A stretch of DNA of 64,000 nucleotides from Candidatus Falkowbacteria bacterium (lineage in GTDB: Bacteria; Patescibacteriota; Patescibacteriia; Patescibacteriales; UBA12075): positions 13,804 through 77,803 of the forward strand of contig DOSJ01000022.1 of assembly GCA_003514005.1 (NCBI GenBank), in the 5' to 3' direction. The translations under genes were made by a program, and so were the position numbers. The notes beneath the pieces were generated by a model. That model was not told the origin of the DNA, did no database searches, and worked only from the letters and a program-made list of their open reading frames with translations. Shown here one piece after another: positions 56,976 to 64,000 of the stretch; within the stretch, counting starts at the first letter, position 1, and every line of letters begins with the position of its first letter.

Positions 56976-58196
56976 TTAGAACTTTTCGAATTTGTCTTTG
57001 GATCTTACTTTCCCGCTAATGAGCGTATCCCAGGGAATGGATATGCCGAGCTGAAGCATTGCACCAAGGTACGCATATTCGGATTGACCGGAAGAAATAT
57101 TCTGATATTCCATCACGGAAAGAATATATTTTGTCACATTTCTTTCCAGTCTAACATAGTCAGCAGACACGTTTGTTTTCAGCATCTTCAGCATCTGCTC
57201 ACGATTGGCTGCGCCGAGCATACTCGGCAACCTGTCATCGGCAAGAATCTTTTTGATTTCCTGGGCATCATACGCCAGCGCACGGGCAACCGGAATTCCG
57301 GTACCAGCAAAAACGCGATTAATATTGTTAATCACTCCTTCGGCTGCGTCTCTCAAACCGGACGTATCCGGGGGTTGAAGCATACCCGGGGGCATACCAG
57401 AATTTCGACCGGACATCGCCATGGTAAACATCGTTGCCATCATTCCGGGGTTGGATGCACCGGACATCCATTGCTCCTGCCATCCTTTGACCAGGGTATT
57501 GAATGAAGAGATCGATTCCCAAAAACCGGATTCAAGTTTGTTCAGTAATTCGTCTTTCCGCTTTGCACTCATCCTGATCGTTCCTTCAATATCAAGAGCT
57601 TTTAAAATATCAGCATAGGCACGTTTGGAAATAATTTTCTGAATTTCATAATACGCGGGCGGACATGGTTCATCAAGGCCTTCGGCATATTTTTCCATGG
57701 CTTCAATTATTTTATCGGGTAGATCATACAGACCGACACGATTTGCCAAGGCCGCACGTGTTGCGGACATCACTTCGGTTTTTCCGATCTTAAGTTCTCC
57801 ACCCGTTTTTAACAGAACCAAAAAGCTGTCATCATCCGGAATCTGCGGAAGAACATCTGTCGCCACTCCGGTTCCAAAAGTTTCAGTTGGTGCAACAAGT
57901 GCCGAATCATTAATGGCCGGCTTCGGACCACGTAAAAGACTGACATTTTTCTTGAATACTGCACTCGGAATCTTGAGGAGGATGTCCATCTCCGCTTTAA
58001 TTTCTTCATCTGTGGCGGAGGCCGGGTCAGACAAAAGAGCAAGCGCGTCTTCGCTCGGTATGCCAACAACATTTGCAAGCGCGTTTACAATCACTTCTGT
58101 TGTCGCAGCTGTTTTTACAGAAAACTCTGCCATTCTTTTTTCCCATTCAATCTGCCATTCGGGCTTTTCTATTGGTGTTGCTGTTACATCTGCCAT
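56976..58196 (-). CDS. Hypothetical helical protein, 406 aa
   Basis: Long ORF with AAGGAG RBS and its own upstream TTGACA; Met/Gly/Pro-rich linker; no family recognised. Confidence 0.8.
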   Translation of the reverse strand: MADVTATPIEKPEWQIEWEKRMAEFSVKTAATTEVIVNALANVVGIPSEDALALLSDPASATDEEIKAEMDILLKIPSAVFKKNVSLLRGPKPAINDSALVAPTETFGTGVATDVLPQIPDDDSFLVLLKTGGELKIGKTEVMSATRAALANRVGLYDLPDKIIEAMEKYAEGLDEPCPPAYYEIQKIISKRAYADILKALDIEGTIRMSAKRKDELLNKLESGFWESISSFNTLVKGWQEQWMSGASNPGMMATMFTMAMSGRNSGMPPGMLQPPDTSGLRDAAEGVINNINRVFAGTGIPVARALAYDAQEIKKILADDRLPSMLGAANREQMLKMLKTNVSADYVRLERNVTKYILSVMEYQNISSGQSEYAYLGAMLQLGISIPWDTLISGKVRSKDKFEKF

Positions 58197-58295
58197 GTTT
58201 TTTCTCCTTTTGTAGGGGTTTTATTTTTCAATGTCCAATTCTCAAAAAAAATCAAGAATCAGATTACACTAACTTAATTTTACGATTTTGTCAAG

Positions 58296-59684
58296 CTACA
58301 TCCAGACCTTGTCTTCATGGGTTGGCCCAAAAGATGCAATGCTGACGGGTATACTTGTTTTTTCTTCAATATAGGCTAAAAAACTTTTTACTTCCTTTTG
58401 TACTTTGCTTATTTTATTTATTTTACCATTTACAGTCCAGCCCTTAAATATTTTCCAGCTTGCTGGTCGGCACTGCTTAAGCAAATTTGCCAATACTTCG
58501 CCCCCCTCCTTTCCGATATGCTTGATTCTTGAAATAAGCACTTTTCCGTTTGTCTTTCTTTCAAAATCAAAATACTTTTCCAGATCATTTCTTTTTTCAC
58601 CGCAATATTCATAGGCAGTAACAATTTTCACCTGATTTAACCCTGATAATCGATCAACGCATGTAATAGCTAATGAATCAATTTTTCCAGATACTTCAAG
58701 CGCATATTTTGTAGTAACAAGATCAAACCAACCGATTCTAAATTTTCCTTGCCATTCATTACTGCTATTGTGCAAATCAGGAATTAAAGACGACAATCTT
58801 TTGTTCTCTGTAACAAACGGGCCATTGCCATGTCTAGTGGCATACGCTCGCAGAATACCTATTATTTTTGCTTGCGACAAACCGATTATTTCTTTTGCGT
58901 TTTGCGGAGTTGTACATGAATAAGTGTTGTATGGTGCAAAACCATATTTTTCATCAAGCAACACTCCCTGCGCTCCTTCAAAAATTACGGGACCTAGCGT
59001 ATCGCGCATAACATCTGCTGTTTTGCGAATATTCAAGCGATGATCAACAAACATTTTTTCATAAGCCGTTGCCAATAACTCAACATAATTTCTGGTGCTT
59101 AACTTATTAAAAATATTTGTAATTTTTTCATCTGCACCGTCAGCGATTAGCGGTTCAGCTTGGTCTATTTTATAGCGCCAAAGATAATCCAGTTTTTTTC
59201 TTAATTCATCGGGATAAAAAATATCCTGCAAAATAATTCCAACACCATTCCGTCCATCACGCACTGCTTCGCCAACACCCAATCCGCAACTGCCATGCCG
59301 ATTTTTTCCACGAGCAATTTCCCGCATCTGATTCATGTGTATTTGAAATGGAGTAATTAGCCGACAATTCGAATCAATGCTCAGCATGGAATATGGATCT
59401 TGAATGCTATTAGTTTCCAATACTTCTGCTTCCACCTCTAGATGCAATAGATTGATCAACATATGCGCGGAAAGGTGTGTATTCGCTCCGGCAAAAATTC
59501 CTGAACCGAATTGAGAACATTTATGATGCCGTCCTCCCGGCTCTACAATATTATGTACTGCTTGATTTGCTCCAGTATAGCGGATAACTGTTTCAGCTTT
59601 ATATTCACGGGCAAGAAAATCAACAATTGATCCCTTGCCCTGATCGCCAAGTCCTAGATCAACTGTAATGATATTCTCTGTCAT
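58296..59684 (-). CDS. Adenylosuccinate synthetase-like protein (divergent PurA family)
   Basis: GLGDQGKG, R..GANQAVHN, HGSCGLGVG, FEGAQGVLLD, YATRHGNGPF, FRIGWFD, LAITCVD, SFGP. Confidence 0.88.
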   Translation of the reverse strand: MTENIITVDLGLGDQGKGSIVDFLAREYKAETVIRYTGANQAVHNIVEPGGRHHKCSQFGSGIFAGANTHLSAHMLINLLHLEVEAEVLETNSIQDPYSMLSIDSNCRLITPFQIHMNQMREIARGKNRHGSCGLGVGEAVRDGRNGVGIILQDIFYPDELRKKLDYLWRYKIDQAEPLIADGADEKITNIFNKLSTRNYVELLATAYEKMFVDHRLNIRKTADVMRDTLGPVIFEGAQGVLLDEKYGFAPYNTYSCTTPQNAKEIIGLSQAKIIGILRAYATRHGNGPFVTENKRLSSLIPDLHNSSNEWQGKFRIGWFDLVTTKYALEVSGKIDSLAITCVDRLSGLNQVKIVTAYEYCGEKRNDLEKYFDFERKTNGKVLISRIKHIGKEGGEVLANLLKQCRPASWKIFKGWTVNGKINKISKVQKEVKSFLAYIEEKTSIPVSIASFGPTHEDKVWM

Positions 59685-59714
59685 TATTCCTCCATTTTAT
59701 TGACTGTTAAACGT

Positions 59715-60626
59715 CTATTCTGTTAGATAGGCTTGGAAAAAATCCATTGCCATTCCAAATGCTTCTTTGTTAGCGCATATTCCATCACTTAGCATAAAAT
59801 TCTTATACCCAAACAATTCCATCAAATACACATCTTCAAGATCTGCCAGGGAAATGGAATCGGAATGCGTTAGTGATTCAAGCAATCTTGAAGCAACAAT
59901 TGCATTCGTGTCAATTTTGATAATTGTTTTTAACGCATCAATAATGTTTTTACTCTTTTGCATTTCAAGAACCAAATCATCTCGAGCCGCTACAATTGAT
60001 ACATCAAATCCATATTCAGCAAAATCAGGACTGCCAATAAAATTAATCCCAGGTAAAGATTCAATTTTAATATGCGCCTTGGCTTTTGGGTCTATATCAT
60101 ATACATCATCGATATCCTGACCGCACTCAACATAAGACAACATGTAATCATGGATTCCTAGTTTACGCGAAGCCTGGATGTACTCTTCATCAAGCCGGGT
60201 TAAATATTTCCCCTTTATTTTCAGATTATTCCCAATAACATTTGCCGCTTGTCCGGCACCTGTCGCATATTGCGGATTTGTTTGAGTAAAAACTTTACTT
60301 CCCTTGATTTCTGCAATGACCAAGGGGTTATTTTCTCCTCGCAACCAAAGCTGTGCCGGTAAATCTACTTCGATTTTACGATTCAGAACAATCGCACCGT
60401 GGAGTGGATTCGACCATCGATTAACGCGCAATTGCCGTCCTTTCAAATCTATATACAGCCTTTTACCATCCATAAGTCTTTGCAGTTGCTCTAGATTTTC
60501 AAAAGGACTGCAGGATGTTTTTCCATGCGACCCGGTATTGAAACGCGCTTCAGCAACCAAAGGATGCTTGGCAACATTATAACAATTTTCATTTACCGGA
60601 GGCGGGATCGTTGCAATAATTTTCAT
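59715..60626 (-). CDS. Pyruvate kinase-like barrel protein lacking the C domain
   Basis: IIATIPP, ARFN, IDLKG..LR, LSYVE, IKIES..GI, AARDDL, ASRLLESL, FMLSD; only 303 aa. Confidence 0.78.
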   Translation of the reverse strand: MKIIATIPPPVNENCYNVAKHPLVAEARFNTGSHGKTSCSPFENLEQLQRLMDGKRLYIDLKGRQLRVNRWSNPLHGAIVLNRKIEVDLPAQLWLRGENNPLVIAEIKGSKVFTQTNPQYATGAGQAANVIGNNLKIKGKYLTRLDEEYIQASRKLGIHDYMLSYVECGQDIDDVYDIDPKAKAHIKIESLPGINFIGSPDFAEYGFDVSIVAARDDLVLEMQKSKNIIDALKTIIKIDTNAIVASRLLESLTHSDSISLADLEDVYLMELFGYKNFMLSDGICANKEAFGMAMDFFQAYLTE

Positions 60627-60694
60627 GCCAATCTCCTTTTTTTGAAAAAAGGGAGAGGAAATTCTTACCTCCTCTCCCTTCTGAATTTTACCTT

Positions 60695-62176
60695 TTACTT
60701 CTTTTTCTTTTTGGGCAATTTTGCCGCATCCAATTTTACTGCTTTTGACCCGACCAAAGAAAGTCTTTCCAAGGCACCCCTCACTCCTGTGCGTCGAGCA
60801 TCAGACTGTTCACGGCTTTCAAGGTCTTTGTCATATTCATCAATTGTTCGTCGTTCTTCGGTAATTGCAATCGCGCCGAGCATTAGATCGCCAATCGCTT
60901 TAGGTTCTTTTGTAACCAGAATATTTTCTTCGGGCAAAACCGTCCGCCACTGGTCAAGTATCTTGTCGTCATTATAGGCCGCATAAGGATCGGATGGAAT
61001 TTCCACCTGTTTTTTTACCCGCGGATCATAATCAAAGTCAAAGCAAATCACATCACTTTCACGTCCGGTTGTATTTTTCGCTATTGTGCCTTCAAATTGT
61101 TGGTATTCACCATCAATTTCCAGCTCAACTTTAAAAGGAATTTCTCCTCTCTTGGTTTCCGGATCATGGTAGGCAAAATTACGAACAAATACCTGATATC
61201 GGCCTTTCTGCGCTTTGCCTTTTGGCCAACGAGTATTTTCCACAGCTTTCCTGGTTTGGCAACCACCAGCATTGGTATCAACATCCAATTCTCCGCCACA
61301 TCTTGAGCGTTTGCTGCTAAAATATATTTCTTCACCCGCTGGAGTAAACACATGAAGATCTAGGTCGTCACAAGTATCCCACATCAACGATGCCCGCACG
61401 CTAACACCGACAAACATTCCACCTCTTTCTTGCAGACGTTTTCTTATCTCGGCATCAATCCCTTCTTTTCTTTTTTTCGCATCTTTCAGGATGTAGATAA
61501 AGAAAACATGGTACTTTTCCTGAACCTCGGCAAAAATCTTTTCCGAAGGAATATCTTCTTTAACATCAACCCCATAAATCTGCTTGATTTCAGATTTTGT
61601 CACAACAGGATAAAAACCTTCGTCACCAAGAATGAATAAATATCCCTTTTTTCCTCGTGCATTGCAATCAAGATGTGAATAACGCGCATAACCAAACAAT
61701 GCCGTTGCGTATGACTCTACTCCGTTGCCACCACCGCCTTCTTCAATGTTTAATTCCGTCTTTAAATTTCGATCAATTTTGAGGTCTGATTCAAAATCTC
61801 CAATTTGTACAGGAAACCGATCATATTGATAATCACCAACACCGCATATGCTTACTTGTGGATCATCTGCATAATTCCTCATTACTATTTGACCAAACAG
61901 TAATGGTATTTTATCATATGCGTCCAAAACGTCTTCTCCACGTGTTAATGTCAGATCAGACATAATTACAATTGGCGTGATACGATCAGATACTCCTGGC
62001 ACTTCTCGACATTCCCAACCATTGCGCATAGCTTTTTTAGGATCAAGATGTTTACTTATTCGTTTTTCTTTCAAAATCTCTGGCTTAATATCTTTTGAAA
62101 AATTAAAATCACTCCGCGTTGATCTTGAATTTGGAACAACATCCCTATCAAAACCTCTTCCACTTGGTCCGCCCAT
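60695..62176 (-). CDS. VWA-like protein with inserted YfaP/DUF2135-like domain
   Basis: VWA-like MSDLT, GVGD...DRFPVQIGDFESD, GGGGNGVESY, GYLFILGDE. Insert SLMWDTCDDLDLHV..P.GEEIY...GGELDVD...VEN. Confidence 0.78.
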   Translation of the reverse strand: MGGPSGRGFDRDVVPNSRSTRSDFNFSKDIKPEILKEKRISKHLDPKKAMRNGWECREVPGVSDRITPIVIMSDLTLTRGEDVLDAYDKIPLLFGQIVMRNYADDPQVSICGVGDYQYDRFPVQIGDFESDLKIDRNLKTELNIEEGGGGNGVESYATALFGYARYSHLDCNARGKKGYLFILGDEGFYPVVTKSEIKQIYGVDVKEDIPSEKIFAEVQEKYHVFFIYILKDAKKRKEGIDAEIRKRLQERGGMFVGVSVRASLMWDTCDDLDLHVFTPAGEEIYFSSKRSRCGGELDVDTNAGGCQTRKAVENTRWPKGKAQKGRYQVFVRNFAYHDPETKRGEIPFKVELEIDGEYQQFEGTIAKNTTGRESDVICFDFDYDPRVKKQVEIPSDPYAAYNDDKILDQWRTVLPEENILVTKEPKAIGDLMLGAIAITEERRTIDEYDKDLESREQSDARRTGVRGALERLSLVGSKAVKLDAAKLPKKKKK

Positions 62177-62178
62177 AA

Positions 62179-62295
62179 TTATTCTCCTTCCTCTTTTTTA
62201 ATTTCCTGGTTTAATTCTTTTGTCACTTCTTCCGTTAATATTTCAATTAATGTTTCAATTACATCTCTTGAATACTCATCTGGTGGTTGGCCCAT
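62179..62295 (-). CDS. Small acidic 38-aa protein (absent from ORF track)
   Basis: Hand translation MGQPPDEYSRDVIETLIEILTEEVTKELNQEIKKEEGE. AAAGGAG RBS; stop 2 nt before the VWA start; fills the gap between kinase and VWA genes. Confidence 0.55.
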   Translation of the reverse strand: MGQPPDEYSRDVIETLIEILTEEVTKELNQEIKKEEGE

Positions 62296-62334
62296 AACAC
62301 ACTCCTTTGTTTATATAATTTCTTTATATCAGCG

Positions 62335-63492
62335 TTATTTATTATACATAGAAAACTTTAAAAACTTTCTTTTCCCCCAAAGATCTTCGACAAGCTCAAT
62401 TAATTCACCATGAGTTTTCCAGGCATCACTGACTCTTTGCCACTTACTTTCCATAACAAATGCCTTGAGAAAGTTTTGTATTCTTGGGTCAACACTATCC
62501 GGCATTTCATTTGTTTCCGGATTACCACCCAAAATGTAAATCATTAACTTGCCGATTGCAAACAAATCTGATGACGGCAATATTTTATCACCGGTTTTTA
62601 GTTCCGATGGATAAAAATATTCGTCTTTATCGCCAACAAACTCTAACCCCGAATTAACATGCGCATTCAATATCGCTTGATCCCAATTTGTAAAAACCAG
62701 ATTATGATCACGCGGTCGAATTATAACATTTTGCGGATTCAGATTCCGGTGGATAGTATTTCGTGAATGGGCGTAACCAATCCCGCTTAAGGCTCGATTA
62801 AGCATCCAAACCATATGCTTTTCCGGAATGCCGTTTTTCCACTTCTCTGAATCTTTCACTTCTTCAAGACTATAAAAATCCGCATGGTATTCCATAACCA
62901 AGCCCAGCCTTCCGTCCGACATCTTAAATGTCTTATTTTCAGGCGGGTAATGCTTTACTTGGCTTTTCTGTTCCTCGGACAATATTCGCAATACTCTGAT
63001 TTCATTTTCAAGATAACGATTGTTTTCTTTTTTGCTGGCAATTTTCGCAATAACTTTTTTACCATATTTACCATTTATCAGAATGCTTCCCGCGTAAACC
63101 TCAGCTGTTTCTGTATCCAGTAAATATTTTCTCAGTTCGATTTCATCGCCACCAATATTAATACGAAAATCCGAACTTAAATCAGATCCATAATCTCCGG
63201 TTTCGATTCTTTCAATTCCTTCATTAAATAATCGATAAAGCATTTGTATTGCCTCTTCGCTGTATACATCGGAATATTTACCGGAAAAAATACTTGGATC
63301 ACATTTTCTCTTCCATTCTTTTAATACTCGCGACAAAGCCTCCTTTTCTTCGGCGCTTGTTTCGGCAACTCGTTCACCATCATCATCGTCATTGATAAAT
63401 AATTTTTTGCCAAAGACATCTTCTGGAAAAACCGCACTTGCAATAAGTCTATGTATTTCCAGCAGCTTAGGCTCAACATCAATCATTTCCAT
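62335..63492 (-). CDS. Ser/Thr kinase-like protein, probable pseudokinase, with helical N-terminal domain
   Basis: VIAKIA, ENE, LVMEY, IHRNLNPQN (HRD becomes HRN), FTNWD (DFG lost), SDLFAIG. Start placed at MEMID with AAGGAG RBS. Confidence 0.82.
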   Translation of the reverse strand: MEMIDVEPKLLEIHRLIASAVFPEDVFGKKLFINDDDDGERVAETSAEEKEALSRVLKEWKRKCDPSIFSGKYSDVYSEEAIQMLYRLFNEGIERIETGDYGSDLSSDFRINIGGDEIELRKYLLDTETAEVYAGSILINGKYGKKVIAKIASKKENNRYLENEIRVLRILSEEQKSQVKHYPPENKTFKMSDGRLGLVMEYHADFYSLEEVKDSEKWKNGIPEKHMVWMLNRALSGIGYAHSRNTIHRNLNPQNVIIRPRDHNLVFTNWDQAILNAHVNSGLEFVGDKDEYFYPSELKTGDKILPSSDLFAIGKLMIYILGGNPETNEMPDSVDPRIQNFLKAFVMESKWQRVSDAWKTHGELIELVEDLWGKRKFLKFSMYNK

Positions 63493-63648
63493 TTTCTTCT
63501 CCTTTATATTATTCAATTGTAAAGATCAATTAAATTTTTACAATCTGTATTTATTTATATAAACACAAAATAATAAAAATTTTCCTATTTTAATTTCAAA
63601 AATTAGCAGAATTTAATACAAATGTCAAGTTTCGACATAATTTCTTTA

Positions 63649-63669
63649 TTTGTGTAAAAACAACACTAT
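63649..63669. promoter_or_regulatory. NrtR-type operator (GT-N7-AC palindrome)
   Basis: ttTGTGT-aaaaaca-ACACTAt, just upstream of a minus-strand TTGACA (63623-63628) driving the kinase gene. Confidence 0.65.
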
Positions 63670-63685
63670 CAAAACCCAAAAATTT

Positions 63686-64000
63686 TTACAATATCTCCAC
63701 ATTCACAACCCCTTCATGCTTCGCCGTACAAACGTTTGCCGGACGATGCGCCTGCCCTGTTGTCTTTTTGTCCAATTTTTTTACCAAATCCAGCGCCAAA
63801 ATCTTTTTTTGAAAATTTCTTTTATCAAGCTTTTCACCGCGAATTATTTCATAGGCTGTTTGCAGTTCATTCATGGTAAACTCTTTGCTCAGCAATTGGA
63901 AAACAATATTCGTATATTCAAGTTTGGCTGACAGGCGGCTAACCGCGGTTTTTACGATTTTCTCATGGTCATAGGCCAAAACCGGCAAATCTTTTACATC
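63686..64000 (-). CDS. nrtR: NrtR (NUDIX-related ADP-ribose-responsive regulator), C-terminal part; 5' end lies outside the window
   Basis: LAYDHEKI...RL..KLEYT....LL..EFTMNELQ..YE.I.G..LDKRNF.KK........HRPA: characteristic NrtR winged-helix domain. Confidence 0.9.
   Translation of the reverse strand, partial: DVKDLPVLAYDHEKIVKTAVSRLSAKLEYTNIVFQLLSKEFTMNELQTAYEIIRGEKLDKRNFQKKILALDLVKKLDKKTTGQAHRPANVCTAKHEGVVNVEIL

Noticed and set aside
58296-59684. PurZ (2-aminoadenine, Z-genome) synthase
   Set aside because: The catalytic Asp of PurA is retained (GDQGKG) where PurZ has Ser, and no datZ/mazZ or phage polymerase genes are nearby.
570-63931. Many 60-170-aa antisense or overlapping ORFs in the track (e.g. 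884-1354, 21180-21653, 56970-57506, 57697-58215, 60525-60977, 26961-27203)
   Set aside because: They overlap well-supported genes or the tRNA, lack RBSs and motifs, and read as antisense shadows.
39496-64000. Prophage, ICE or other autonomous mobile element
   Set aside because: No integrase, transposase, relaxase, reverse transcriptase or virion genes are recognisable anywhere in the window.
1-64000. Alternative genetic code (TGA = Gly/Trp)
   Set aside because: Long recognisable genes translate intact in code 11, and several end at TGA at the expected C-terminus.

Overview
AT-rich bacterial chromosome segment using the standard code (TGA stops, tRNA-Trp-CCA). Gene content suggests a Patescibacteria/CPR (Parcubacteria-like) genome; this is inference only. 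From left to right: a NatAB-like ABC exporter; a compact four-gene candidate defence island (C5 DNA methyltransferase, ParB-like protein, SNF2 helicase, DUF3883 nuclease; 4.3-10.3 kb); an arsE-arsP-arsF-arsG-like arsenical cluster; a MarR-controlled MacAB-like exporter; the rpmG/GIY-YIG/tRNA-Trp locus with a decayed full-length tRNA-Trp duplicate 0.9 kb away; oxidative-stress genes (dfx, rbr, mutM, trxA); a CsoR-CopA copper operon; and an AbiE toxin-antitoxin module flanked by a duplicated terminator. The most notable part is a ~24-kb, almost entirely minus-strand cluster (39.5-64 kb) headed by NrtR. It has two clear NrtR-type boxes and joins a complete NAD(P) salvage route (PncA, PRTase, NadD, NadE, NadK) and ADP-ribose removal enzymes (ARH/DraG, NUDIX) to unexpected partners: a pseudokinase, two VWA proteins, a truncated pyruvate-kinase-like protein, a divergent PurA, a Ser/Thr kinase-adenylyltransferase fusion, an aldehyde:ferredoxin oxidoreductase and a CoaD-CoaE fusion. 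Its intergenic regions repeatedly carry tandem hairpins followed by a boxA-like GATCTTT(G/A) motif, including an ~111-bp triple-hairpin element present twice. All product calls come from visual motif recognition; no database searches were run.
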